From an uncultured Clostridia bacterium (GTDB lineage: Bacteria; Bacillota; Clostridia; Christensenellales; UBA1242): DNA of 64,000 nt. Position numbers and translations under genes: made by a program. Below, piece after piece: positions 29,527-40,009 of the stretch. Within the stretch, counting starts at the first letter, position 1. Each line of letters starts with the position of its first letter. The stretch covers positions 4,049-68,048 of the forward strand of contig CANSRZ010000002.1 of the NCBI GenBank assembly GCA_947649575.1, in the 5' to 3' direction. A model generated the notes under the pieces. That model was not told the origin of the DNA. It worked only from the letters and a program-made list of their open reading frames with translations, and did no database searches.

Positions 29527-32500
29527 TTACAAGTTCTCGTCAATATATGCTTTAAATCCGTTATCATTCACAATATGCAAATATTTGCCAGAAATTGGGC
29601 TTAGAGTTTTAACTGACAATGCATTTGGCACAATTGAAAGTCCATCCTTTGTTGTTTGAGCATAAACCTCAGAGCCTGTTGCTGTGCAAGCACTTGCAAA
29701 AGGCAAGCCACTTGTTTCAACAATATTTTGAACACTGCCGTCAATTATTGAATAAGCAATTCCGCCTGCTTCGCCAGCAGAAATCTTGCCATTATTATAG
29801 CAATTCTGCAAACGACCTCTGCTTGAACGCAAAGCAATTCCACTTGCAAAATTTACATAGTTTGTTGCGCCTATTGCTGTGATAGTTATATTGCCATCAT
29901 TTCCGCAATTTGCAATAACTCCTTGTGAAAGAACATTGATTGCAATTCCGCTTGCATACAAACGCGAATTGTTTTTCTTAGCAATCAAAGTTACATTGCC
30001 TGTTGTAAAACAATTTCTGATTGTTCCTGCGCTTGAATTTGGATTTGCATGCCTAATTGCAATTCCGCTATAAACAAGATATGGAACATTAGAACTGCTT
30101 GGATTTGCATTATCAACACTCATATTAACATCCGCACTGTTTGTGCAGTTTTCAATATATCCATAGTTATCTCCTACAAGGCCAGACAAAGCGATATATC
30201 TGTTTGTGTCATTGCCCATAATAAAGTTTGTGGAGATGTTGGCAATATTGATATTTTCAATTCTTCCATAATTCAACATCGCAATTGGCGCAAACAAAGT
30301 GTTTCCATTTTCAATGTTAGTCACATTCCAAGACACATTAAGATTGAAATTTTTGATTGTTGCCGAACTTGCAACTCTTTCAAACATACTGATTCCACGA
30401 GTAAAGTCAGGGCTATCAGTTCTGTTATTGCTTGAAATTGGAAGAGTTATATTAACTTTTGTTGCAAGCGTTGCACTCACAGATGCATCCAATTTTTTGG
30501 AAACATTCAAATTGATTGTATAATTTTTGCCATCAAGATAGCCATAGAAAATGCCTGCTATCAGCATGTTTGCATCCTCATCAGTTATATCAACCTCGAT
30601 ATCATTTTTAAGCGCAAAATAATATTGATGATTTTCTTGATTTCTTAGGCTTATATTTTTAAACTGTTCGCCAGTCGCAATCAAATAAGGATTTTCTTGC
30701 GTTCCGTTTCCGCCAGCAAAAATATCAAACTCAAAATTGCCAGTTATTGTTATAGGAGTTGAGAATAATGCAGTTTTGCCTCCTCTAACATAAACGCTAA
30801 TCTTTGTTATAGTTCCCATAGTGACAGGCTGATAGAAAAGCTCGCTTGCACTGGTCGCAGTTATTATTCCAGATGTTTCTGTAATCTGATTGCCTTGACT
30901 GTCAACATCAGCATATTCAATATACACTAAAAATTCTTTCCCCTCAACGTCGTCCTCTTGTTTATAAGAGCCTTTGGCAATATAAACATAATTGTCATTT
31001 TCATCTTTCAAATTGATTTTAACATAAGTTGTTCCATCAATTTCAAACTCTTCATCCAAAAGTTCAACAACGCTATCTTTCGCCAAAGTTAGGCTTGTTT
31101 GGATTGTGTAAGACTCGCCCTCTTGCTTGATAACATAAGTTTGAGTATTATTCAAAAGCACATATTTACTGCAAGTCCAGGTCAAGAAACGCTGCTCTGG
31201 ATTCCATTCAACTTTGTCATCCTTTGCAAAGCTTGAAGAAGTGAACTTAACTTCTTGCTCCACACTTGGGAAGAGCTTTGTAACACTATTCAAGCCAATT
31301 CCGCTGTTGCCATTAACAACAGCCTGTATTGTTAAGGTTGTGTTTCTTGCAATATAGAATACTTTTTCTGTTACAACACCATTTTCATCCTTGCTTTCTA
31401 TAATACTGCCCGCAGCCTCAGGATTATCTGTAACTGCAATGCGTAAGTTTGCCACAAAGTCATTATCGCCCATTATTGTTTGCTGTGACGCAAAAACATA
31501 AACTGTGTTTTTGTTGTTAAATTGATCTTGATAATTAATCTTTATCTTCAAACTGTTTGGAGTAACAGAGCCTTTATAATTGTCAAAATATTTTTCAAAA
31601 CTTAAATTATATCTGCCTGATAAAACATCATAGTCAAAATCAAATTCATCCTGCGACACTTGTTTAAGTTTATACACTGTTGCTTCTCTGCCATCAACTG
31701 TTGTAACTTTTACGCCATCACTCATGATTGTGTAGTTTGTGATATTGTCATAGAAATTTTGTTCTCCGCTTGTATAAGCATAAACCACAAATTGATATGA
31801 TCTGCCATATTCAAGTGCATTTTTATTGATGTTGAAAGTTATATTTGTGTAAGATTCACCAGTTGTTGATGTTCCATACACATAATTCTTGTCAATTTCT
31901 CCATCAATCAGTTTGCCGCCAGCATCCAAAACTCTGAAAGTGATGTTGCTGCTAGAATCAATATGAGAATTATATCTGATAACAATTTGCTCTGAAATTG
32001 TCGCACTTTCGTCATCTTGAACTATGCTTGCTGATTCAGGCATATTAAATTTGCTGATTCGCTTATTTGCAAGCAATGTTTGAGCGCTAACAAGTGCATA
32101 GTTATCCTCGCTTCCTGCATAAACAATTTGCGTTGGAATAATCAACTTATTATCCAAGGTTTCAATAACTCCACTTGGCATACTTTCGCCAGGATTTAAA
32201 ATAAATTCGCGTCCTGCAAAGGTTGTTATTGCAACTGAATACAAGCTTGCGTCTGACCTTGAATTAATCAAGTTAGACGGCAAAGTTGTTCCTGTTGTGT
32301 AGAAAATATCAGTCTGCTTAACAGATTCGTCATTTTCACCGTAGTGCTGAACAATAACCTGATATACAATAACGCCATCCTCCAATTGATTGCTGTTTGC
32401 TTCCCAAACAATATTTCCGTCCTGTATTTTTGCTCTGCTTCTGACAACAGCGTCAAGCATTTTTGCCTTAACTGAAACTTGGCTTGACGCAAGCACGCAA

Positions 32501-35500
32501 TATGATATTTCATTTTCTTGTGAGGTTTCAGCAATTTGTAAAACAAAGTCTGCGCCCTCATTATTAGTCTCTGCAACAGTCTTAACAAAATGATTTCTTC
32601 CATCCAGTGGCACAATTGTGTTTCCAGAAGATGAGAAATAGAAGTTTGTTGCCGAAAGTTCATTTCTGCGAACATTAAAATCCGCCGTGTTTTCTTGATA
32701 ATTTGCATAAGCGCCTGGGATATATTCTATTGTTGTCCCCGCTGGCAATTTATCAGTTGTGGCATGCTGTGATGTTGAAAGATTGTTTGTAACATTGAAT
32801 TGAGAATAATTTACATAATTTGTTGTGCCCTCGCTTGCACTTCCACTTAACAAGAAGCGACCATTTGCAATTGCCACAACTGGATTTGGACGTTTATAAA
32901 CATTTTCAAGCATATAGCTTTCGCTGTCAACGACCATTTCTGTTGAAGATAATCCACCAAGAGCCATAAACATAACATAAGTGTAAGCCCCAGGATTTGC
33001 AAGATTAAGAGTGCTTGTTCCGCTTGGTCTGATTGTGATTTGTGACGGAGAAGATGATGCTGTTTTATATGTCACGAGTGTTCCGTTTGAACTTGCGCTT
33101 GATGACCAAGAAAGCACACCGTCTACAAGATTTAGACTTTCATAGTTAAAGTTAAGCATTGTCATAAAAATTGTGTCTGACTTGCTGTTTGCTGTAAAGT
33201 TGTTGCCCTCAGCATAAATTGATACTGTCAAACGCTGTCCTTTCAAAGGTTCTAAGCGTTTCACCAGTTCGTTTGTAACATCAATAGAAATATATTCTTC
33301 TTGTGCATAAGTTCGCTTGCCAAGCAAGAAACTTTCTTCCTCGCTGATATAAAGCCTCCAATCCTCGCCCTCTTGCTTGATTGAATATTCAAAGATGTTT
33401 TGACTATTATCCACGATATGCAATTTATAGTTTGTTGCATAATATTTTTCACCAGTTGCGCTTGCTATTTGAACAGGTCTGAATGATACAAAATAAACAT
33501 TTTTTGTTGTTTCATTATCTCTGTCAAGTCTTATACTTGGGCTTTCTGAAACATACATAAGAATATTTTCACTATAAACAGACGGCAGTCTGCATTGATG
33601 ATTGATTGTTTCAATATTTGTGCCTTGCTGTCTTAAAGTCAAATAATATTGTCCAGCAGGGATAAGATTTCCAAAATCATCAAACAATCTCTGGCTGTTT
33701 GCAAAGCCAAAAGATGAGGATGTTATGCTTCTGTAAAGATTGTCAATAAGCGGCCCATAAGTTGTTGCAGCAACTGTGTTTCTGCAATTTCTTAACGCGT
33801 CAAAATAAGTTATCCTGCCTGAGCCTGATGTGAATGACATTGTTTGCATAACGCCCGCCAACAATTGAACTGCTGGTATAGTCACATAATAAATATTTTG
33901 TTGATTATCCTTTGCTGTAAAGCGAAGTTGAACATAAGCCCTGTCAATATTACTTGCCATAAATTCAAAAGGATAAGTATATGTGCTTGTTGCAAGCACT
34001 TGAGCCATGACGTTGTAGTTTGAAATATTATTTTCAATATCTTTCAAGAATTGCGACGAAGCAATCGCTTGTTCACTATATTGAACGACACCGTCTTTAA
34101 TCTCCAACTTTTCAGGAGTGACATATCTACTTGTTGAAATCATTTGAGTTGGGCTTGAAGCAACATATCTATCATTTTCTGAAATGGTAGAAATCTCAAA
34201 ATAATAAGTTGTGCCAAAGGTTTCAATAATTTGAGTTAAGTCATAAGTTGTAGCAGTGTTGATTTCTATGCGTTTATAAAGTTGATATTCATTATCATTT
34301 ATTGTATAAACTGAAAGATAATAACCTGAAACATTCTCGCTGTCTATGCCAACCCAAGAAAGGATTTCATTTGTAGTACGCAAAGAATTGTCTTTAACTG
34401 CTGGAAGTTTGTTATAAACAAGCGTTGAATTGCCATAGTTTGTAACTACGCCATCCTTTTCAATTATCTTAGAAACATAGAATGTGTATTCTCCGTCAGC
34501 ATAAGGACTTAACACATCGTTCACACAAAGTGCAAAGCATGCTTTTGCACTCAATCCAAGAGCTTCACTTGGCTTAATAGTGCTGAAATATTCTCTTGTT
34601 CCAACAACATTTCCCTCGCCATCTTCAATTGTTTGAGTCACCCAATAACCCTTGATGCTGTTTGCATCAATTGGAAGTTTTATCACTTTTTCGACGTTTT
34701 CATCCTCAATTTCGTCAGGATTTTCACTTTCTTCGCCGTCACCCTCTTCCACATCAGGAAGCGCAGTTGAGTGCAATTCAATCCAAAGCCCTGTTGTGTT
34801 TTCTACATCGTTAAAGATAACAAGATAATCTTTAAGTTTGTTTGTAAATGTTTTATATCCCTCAATTTCGTCATAAACAAAATCAATTTCACGTTTGTTT
34901 GTCAAGGTTTCAGCGTTTTCAAGTGCATATCCAAATTTAAACTCTTTTTCAAGTGAGTTTACACAGCCTGAGCGTTTTGTCATAACCTTAAATTCCATTA
35001 TGCCCACTTGCTTTTGCTCGTCAAACAGACTTAAAACTTCATTTGTGTTAAAGGTGTAAATTTCACCCTCTTCAACGCATTCAGGAACAAATTCTTTTTC
35101 CACGCCTTTATAATTCAAAACAAATTGCAAGTCCTCAAAATATCCTTTATCGCCCTCGCTTAAAACAAATGTGATAAGCCCCGTGCCGTCAATCCTTATT
35201 TCGCTGACGCCTTGCAAGCGATAGCCTGAAATGGTTGTTGCGCTGTATGACGGCAAGCGATTTGTTGAATTTTCTGACTTATCAACAGCAATTATCTGTA
35301 TTGTGTAATTGCCTGTTTTATTTGAAATATAGTCTGTCATTAAATCAAAAATTGTGTTGCCTGATTGAGTTTTTTGAGCTTCAATCTCTTGCGTTTGCCC
35401 ACCCATTGAAAGAAGCATATAATAATGCGTTGCATTTGCAACTGGTGGAATTGTGATTTCTCCGTTTCCGCCAAGTTCTGCACTGTCAGCAACATTATAA

Positions 35501-38500
35501 AGCCTTGATATTTTCACGTCCACAATGTCAGAATCAATTTGTTTATCAGCATAAACTGTTACAGGAACTGATGTTGTGCCAGAGCCAAACACCATTTTAA
35601 CAATTGACCCGCTGATAACAAGTTCATAATATCCATTAACCAATTTAAGCGAATATGAATAGCCTAACAAAGACTTGCTTGAGCCGTCTTTTAACGCTTT
35701 AAGGTCTTCCAAGAACTTTTTGGCTTGATTATTTAAAAAGTCACTGCCTAAATCAAATTCAGCATCGATATCAAGAGAAAAATAGATTGTGCTTGGGCTT
35801 CCCCAAACGTCTTTCCAAACAATTTTCAAATCTCCGTTAAGTTGTTTGTCAATTATGTTTCCTGTTTTTGCCTCAACAATTTGATAATTATATTCTGGCA
35901 TTGCCTCTAACTTTTTGATAGAAATCTCGCCAAAGGATTTACTCCCAAAATATCCAACTGCTCCATCATCTGTTGCAGTTATAGAATAGCCAACAAGATT
36001 TGTCTTGACCTCAAAAATATATGAATTTGCATTAAGTCCAAAAATTCTTGGGTCGCTAAGTGCAATTGATGTTTCTGTCAAATTTTTATAATCGTCAGAA
36101 GTTTCCAAAACAACATGGTCGCTGTTTTTGATAACAAAGTCATAAGTAAGAGGATTGCCACTTTGTCCTTTAAACTCTCCGCCAAGATCTGTCCAAGCAA
36201 GATTTTCTCCATCATTTGTAAATGTTACAGTTTGCTCAGATAAGTTATAGAATGTAAACTTGCGCGCCTCTGAGTTTATATAATAACTATCAACTTCGCC
36301 TGTTGTCAGTTTCTCTTTTGCGATAAGCTGGATAGTCCATTCATATTTGTCAGCGTTTTTGAAGTCCGCAAAAACAAGTTTAATTTCGCCAGTTGCAAGG
36401 TTTGCAAAACTGCCGTTAGTCAAAGATGCTTTGCTTATGTCTGTTCCGTTTACAATGACCTGATCTATAACATTAAGGTCAAGATTTGGCAAGGTTGCAG
36501 TAACAAATTCTTGCCCCTCTTTGTAAACAAAAGTGCTGACTGCCTCAAGTTTTCTGACTTTGATTGCGTTTGAAGAAGCTGAAGCAAGATAAGCAGGATT
36601 GTCTGCATAAACAACAATTTCTTTTTCTGCTGTAAAGTCATAGTCTGCAAAAGAGTGAATATGCCCTGTCAAAGACAAATATCTTTGTCCGTCAATATAA
36701 ATGGAATAAGTTGTTCTGCCAACATCGCCAACGCCGTCACCCCAAGACAGAGTCAAGTCTGTTCTGTTAAAGCTGATAACTGGTGAGGCCAATTTGCTTA
36801 AAGTTATAGCGCTTGAATAAGGTGATTTAAGATAGAAAACTTCACCTGAAAAGCTGTTTCTGTAAGCTCTGACTTTGACCTGCACTTCACTGCATTGATC
36901 ATAAGCACTTACAAACACAGGATCACTTCTCTTGCTTGCAACAAAATCATTTAACGCAAAATCAAGTTCTGTGCAAGTTGTGTTATACACACGATTTCCA
37001 TTATTTGCATTAACAAGCGTGATTTCTATGTCATATCTTTGAACATTTGCATGGCTTGGATTTTTATAAGTCAGATTTCCATTTTCAAAAGCCAGCTCAC
37101 TTGGAGTGTCAAGACGACGAATAGAATAATTTTTATCACGACTATCAAGATAAATTGTGTTTTCATTGCGCTCACTTGCAACAAATCTAAATATATATTC
37201 ATGAGCGCCTGTCAGACTTGAAAGGTCAAACTCAACATCATTAACATCATTTACAACTTTGCCGTTTTCAACAATTTCAAAAGTTTTTGCGCCTGTTGGC
37301 TTAACAACTGTTAACAGTTCATCCTCGCTAACTGCAAATGTTGGCTGTGCAAGTCTAACAATTTCCAATTGTGACGCCGTTGACGGAGTATGAATAACCT
37401 TATCGCTACGCTCGCCTGCTTTTGCAATAACTTGAATGTTATAACGCTTTTCAGCGCCATTATTATCATCAAAGTTGGTTGATGTAAAAGTATAAGTAAA
37501 TTTCTCTTTTGTAAAATCAGTAGGCTCAATCACTGCAATCGGATTATCAAAATTGTTTAGATAAACTTCATAACTTCCTGCATAATCTTGATTAGACATT
37601 TCAAGCACATATTTGCCCTGAGTTTCATCAAAAATCAAATCAAGAGTTGGACTTTCTATTTGCTTAGTAACATAAAAATATTCTTCCAAGAAATTGTTTT
37701 CAACAAATCCACCAAAGTTTGCATCCAAATATTCGTTTGTATTAAGGGATTTTGCATAAACTTGTATAATATAATATCCAAAATCAAGTTTAGTCAAAGT
37801 TTGTAGACCTGTTGTGGTCTCGCTTTGAACAATTTCACCTTTGCTTCCCTCTGCATCAGATTTGTAAACAACATAGTCATATTCAATATCTTTTGCGCCA
37901 AGGCTTGACCAAGCAAAATATCCGTTTTCAGCATTTGCTTTTTCAGGTGTTGATAAAACAGCTATTCGCTTAGACCCCTTAACTTGATTAGACGCATTGT
38001 CATTTCTGAAAGCGGTGATTTCAAAATCATAATCCAGTCCGTTAGGAGCAATCAAGACAAGTGCAGGAACTATAAAATCCAACTTGTCGCCATTTTCTCT
38101 TAACAAAGCGCTGTCAACAACTTGCCCATTTAAAGTCAAAACATAGTTATCTGCAAACTCAACTTTATCAAAAGTTAAAATTCCGTTATTTCCACTCAAA
38201 GCATGAGTTATCTCGCCAATCTCTTGCAATCTATAAACTTTGCTTGTGCTTTTGTCAGAGCTAACAACTTTATCTGTTGTTTGCGAACCAATTTCAATTT
38301 CCAAAACTAAATTATCTTCAGTCAAACTTGGCTTTGCTTGCAAAGAAAGATTAAGTTCTCCATAAGGCAAATCTTTTAAAGGAATAATATAATCGCCAGT
38401 TGAATTTATTGCAAATGTTTTTTGAGTTTGACCAGCCTCAACAATCAATTCATAGTTTTTTGCATAGTTATCGGCTGGAATATTGATATGTAAATTATCT

Positions 38501-39669
38501 TTATCAAAGCGATAATCAATTTCCACCGCTTTAAGTTTTGCAACACCAGACAATTCTGTTATTTCACTATCCGCATAAAATTTATCACCCGTCTTGCCAC
38601 CTTTGGCTTGAATTTGAAGATTGTAAATTCCATAAGCCAAGTTGTCAAGACTTGAATAAACATAATCTCCGCGCTCAAAAAACTTTTCACTATCAAGCAT
38701 GCCATAATTTATGCCATTGTTCACATCCAAATAGCGCACAACATAGCCAGTTGCTCCGTCCAATCTTGACCAGCGAACAAAGCCGTTTCCGTTTTCATAA
38801 ACATAACTCACGTTTGGCTGAAAATGTTTTGAAATAACAAAATCATATGAAGACGGATAATATATATCACTATTATCTTTTGTGATAATGCTAACTTCAA
38901 CATCGCGTCCGCCGTTAAAATTTGAGAAATCTAAAGTCACTTGCCTTGATGTCAAATCTCTTGCGATAATAATGCCTGCAACAACCACATCAAAGCTTGC
39001 ATTAACAGCATTGCTATCCCATGACAATGTCAAACTATTTGAAGAAAGCCCTACACCTGTATCAACGTTAACATTGAACGGCAAACCCATAACGCCATAG
39101 TTAAGTTGAGTTAATTGAGAATATTCACTTTCGTCAACATACTCTTGTCCCTCAACCTTGACCCTAACCGAATAAACTCCAAATTTACCATTTTCAATTT
39201 GATATGTATTTGAACTTGTTTGAAATTCTTGATTATTTATTTCCACTCTATAAGAATTTGCTGTGATAAGTTCACCTTTAAAAATCACATAAACAGGTTG
39301 CCAAGAAATTTCACCACTATCAGAAATTGTTAAATTTGTTGGCGAAGCAAAAGCCTGCTTAACAATCACATTTGCAGAAGCAAACACTTTGTTATCTTTT
39401 GAGGCTGTCAAAAGTCCCTCTCCTGACACAATCATTTTAAAACCGTTTTCTGTTTGCTCGGCAAGATTGTTTGAAATTGAAAGTTGAACATCCTCTTGAT
39501 TTATGCCTTTAAGTTTAAGTTCATCAAAGAAGTCAACTTCTTCATTTAAAGACAACACAAAAGTTTCCTGAGTAAATTCACCTGAATATGATGGCTTTTT
39601 TGCACAGGCTGAAAATATAAATATAGAAATTATCAACATGAAAAAAGAAATTATTGATGATTTTTTCAT
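29527..39669 (-). CDS. Giant surface lipoprotein (about 3,380 aa): many Ig/Fn3-like repeats and a C-terminal GLUG-motif beta-helix module
   Basis: Uninterrupted ORF. I placed the start at the ATG at 39669 (MKKSSIISFFMLIISIFIFSAC, a lipobox-like signal), preceded by ggagaagcaa. The C-terminal ~450 aa contain GGNGTQENPYLIATGEQF followed by repeats: LSGLVGDNYGYIENC, SGIAIRH...GTIRNC, ASGIAINVLSQGVIANC, ASGIALRSSRGRLQNC and AGGIAYSII. Confidence 0.9.
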   Translation of the reverse strand: MKKSSIISFFMLIISIFIFSACAKKPSYSGEFTQETFVLSLNEEVDFFDELKLKGINQEDVQLSISNNLAEQTENGFKMIVSGEGLLTASKDNKVFASANVIVKQAFASPTNLTISDSGEISWQPVYVIFKGELITANSYRVEINNQEFQTSSNTYQIENGKFGVYSVRVKVEGQEYVDESEYSQLTQLNYGVMGLPFNVNVDTGVGLSSNSLTLSWDSNAVNASFDVVVAGIIIARDLTSRQVTLDFSNFNGGRDVEVSIITKDNSDIYYPSSYDFVISKHFQPNVSYVYENGNGFVRWSRLDGATGYVVRYLDVNNGINYGMLDSEKFFERGDYVYSSLDNLAYGIYNLQIQAKGGKTGDKFYADSEITELSGVAKLKAVEIDYRFDKDNLHINIPADNYAKNYELIVEAGQTQKTFAINSTGDYIIPLKDLPYGELNLSLQAKPSLTEDNLVLEIEIGSQTTDKVVSSDKSTSKVYRLQEIGEITHALSGNNGILTFDKVEFADNYVLTLNGQVVDSALLRENGDKLDFIVPALVLIAPNGLDYDFEITAFRNDNASNQVKGSKRIAVLSTPEKANAENGYFAWSSLGAKDIEYDYVVYKSDAEGSKGEIVQSETTTGLQTLTKLDFGYYIIQVYAKSLNTNEYLDANFGGFVENNFLEEYFYVTKQIESPTLDLIFDETQGKYVLEMSNQDYAGSYEVYLNNFDNPIAVIEPTDFTKEKFTYTFTSTNFDDNNGAEKRYNIQVIAKAGERSDKVIHTPSTASQLEIVRLAQPTFAVSEDELLTVVKPTGAKTFEIVENGKVVNDVNDVEFDLSSLTGAHEYIFRFVASERNENTIYLDSRDKNYSIRRLDTPSELAFENGNLTYKNPSHANVQRYDIEITLVNANNGNRVYNTTCTELDFALNDFVASKRSDPVFVSAYDQCSEVQVKVRAYRNSFSGEVFYLKSPYSSAITLSKLASPVISFNRTDLTLSWGDGVGDVGRTTYSIYIDGQRYLSLTGHIHSFADYDFTAEKEIVVYADNPAYLASASSNAIKVRKLEAVSTFVYKEGQEFVTATLPNLDLNVIDQVIVNGTDISKASLTNGSFANLATGEIKLVFADFKNADKYEWTIQLIAKEKLTTGEVDSYYINSEARKFTFYNLSEQTVTFTNDGENLAWTDLGGEFKGQSGNPLTYDFVIKNSDHVVLETSDDYKNLTETSIALSDPRIFGLNANSYIFEVKTNLVGYSITATDDGAVGYFGSKSFGEISIKKLEAMPEYNYQIVEAKTGNIIDKQLNGDLKIVWKDVWGSPSTIYFSLDIDAEFDLGSDFLNNQAKKFLEDLKALKDGSSKSLLGYSYSLKLVNGYYELVISGSIVKMVFGSGTTSVPVTVYADKQIDSDIVDVKISRLYNVADSAELGGNGEITIPPVANATHYYMLLSMGGQTQEIEAQKTQSGNTIFDLMTDYISNKTGNYTIQIIAVDKSENSTNRLPSYSATTISGYRLQGVSEIRIDGTGLITFVLSEGDKGYFEDLQFVLNYKGVEKEFVPECVEEGEIYTFNTNEVLSLFDEQKQVGIMEFKVMTKRSGCVNSLEKEFKFGYALENAETLTNKREIDFVYDEIEGYKTFTNKLKDYLVIFNDVENTTGLWIELHSTALPDVEEGDGEESENPDEIEDENVEKVIKLPIDANSIKGYWVTQTIEDGEGNVVGTREYFSTIKPSEALGLSAKACFALCVNDVLSPYADGEYTFYVSKIIEKDGVVTNYGNSTLVYNKLPAVKDNSLRTTNEILSWVGIDSENVSGYYLSVYTINDNEYQLYKRIEINTATTYDLTQIIETFGTTYYFEISTISENDRYVASSPTQMISTSRYVTPEKLEIKDGVVQYSEQAIASSQFLKDIENNISNYNVMAQVLATSTYTYPFEFMASNIDRAYVQLRFTAKDNQQNIYYVTIPAVQLLAGVMQTMSFTSGSGRITYFDALRNCRNTVAATTYGPLIDNLYRSITSSSFGFANSQRLFDDFGNLIPAGQYYLTLRQQGTNIETINHQCRLPSVYSENILMYVSESPSIRLDRDNETTKNVYFVSFRPVQIASATGEKYYATNYKLHIVDNSQNIFEYSIKQEGEDWRLYISEEESFLLGKRTYAQEEYISIDVTNELVKRLEPLKGQRLTVSIYAEGNNFTANSKSDTIFMTMLNFNYESLNLVDGVLSWSSSASSNGTLVTYKTASSSPSQITIRPSGTSTLNLANPGAYTYVMFMALGGLSSTEMVVDSESYMLENVYKRPNPVVAIANGRFLLSGSASEGTTNYVNYSQFNVTNNLSTSQHATTDKLPAGTTIEYIPGAYANYQENTADFNVRRNELSATNFYFSSSGNTIVPLDGRNHFVKTVAETNNEGADFVLQIAETSQENEISYCVLASSQVSVKAKMLDAVVRSRAKIQDGNIVWEANSNQLEDGVIVYQVIVQHYGENDESVKQTDIFYTTGTTLPSNLINSRSDASLYSVAITTFAGREFILNPGESMPSGVIETLDNKLIIPTQIVYAGSEDNYALVSAQTLLANKRISKFNMPESASIVQDDESATISEQIVIRYNSHIDSSSNITFRVLDAGGKLIDGEIDKNYVYGTSTTGESYTNITFNINKNALEYGRSYQFVVYAYTSGEQNFYDNITNYTIMSDGVKVTTVDGREATVYKLKQVSQDEFDFDYDVLSGRYNLSFEKYFDNYKGSVTPNSLKIKINYQDQFNNKNTVYVFASQQTIMGDNDFVANLRIAVTDNPEAAGSIIESKDENGVVTEKVFYIARNTTLTIQAVVNGNSGIGLNSVTKLFPSVEQEVKFTSSSFAKDDKVEWNPEQRFLTWTCSKYVLLNNTQTYVIKQEGESYTIQTSLTLAKDSVVELLDEEFEIDGTTYVKINLKDENDNYVYIAKGSYKQEDDVEGKEFLVYIEYADVDSQGNQITETSGIITATSASELFYQPVTMGTITKISVYVRGGKTALFSTPITITGNFEFDIFAGGNGTQENPYLIATGEQFKNISLRNQENHQYYFALKNDIEVDITDEDANMLIAGIFYGYLDGKNYTINLNVSKKLDASVSATLATKVNITLPISSNNRTDSPDFTRGISMFERVASSATIKNFNLNVSWNVTNIENGNTLFAPIAMLNYGRIENINIANISTNFIMGNDTNRYIALSGLVGDNYGYIENCTNSADVNMSVDNANPSSSNVPYLVYSGIAIRHANPNSSAGTIRNCFTTGNVTLIAKKNNSRLYASGIAINVLSQGVIANCGNDGNITITAIGATNYVNFASGIALRSSRGRLQNCYNNGKISAGEAGGIAYSIIDGSVQNIVETSGLPFASACTATGSEVYAQTTKDGLSIVPNALSVKTLSPISGKYLHIVNDNGFKAYIDENL

Positions 39670-39709
39670 TTGCTTCTCCAATTAACAACTTAAAAATTAA
39701 GTCATAATT

Positions 39710-39739
39710 ATTTTAGCACTTTTTATATTAAATTATCAA
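39710..39739 (-). promoter_or_regulatory. Candidate promoter of the giant lipoprotein gene
   Basis: The minus strand reads TTGATA, 18-nt spacer, TGcTAAAAT, about 40 nt upstream of the ATG. Confidence 0.4.
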
Positions 39740-40009
39740 ATAAATTTAAATAAAAAATATATATTTATTTAATATAATAAAAAATATAAAAAAATTTAAA
39801 AATCTTTATTTAAACATTTTTATTGCAATTTTAAAATAAAAACATTGTTTAAAAAAATAAAAAATATTTATCCGCCTTTATTTTTAAGGTGAATAAATAT
39901 TAAAAAAATATAAGATAAAATAATTAATTTTAATAAAAATTCATAAAAATAGCATTATTTTTGCAATTTTTCTTTATTTTTTGCTTGTTTTTATTAAAAT
40001 ATTTAAAAA

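Noticed and set aside
29619-38837. Numerous 60-146-aa ORFs on both strands inside 29527-39669 (for example 32268-32708 and 30049-30435).
   Set aside because: They are all embedded in or antisense to the uninterrupted 3,380-codon ORF. They have no independent start signals.
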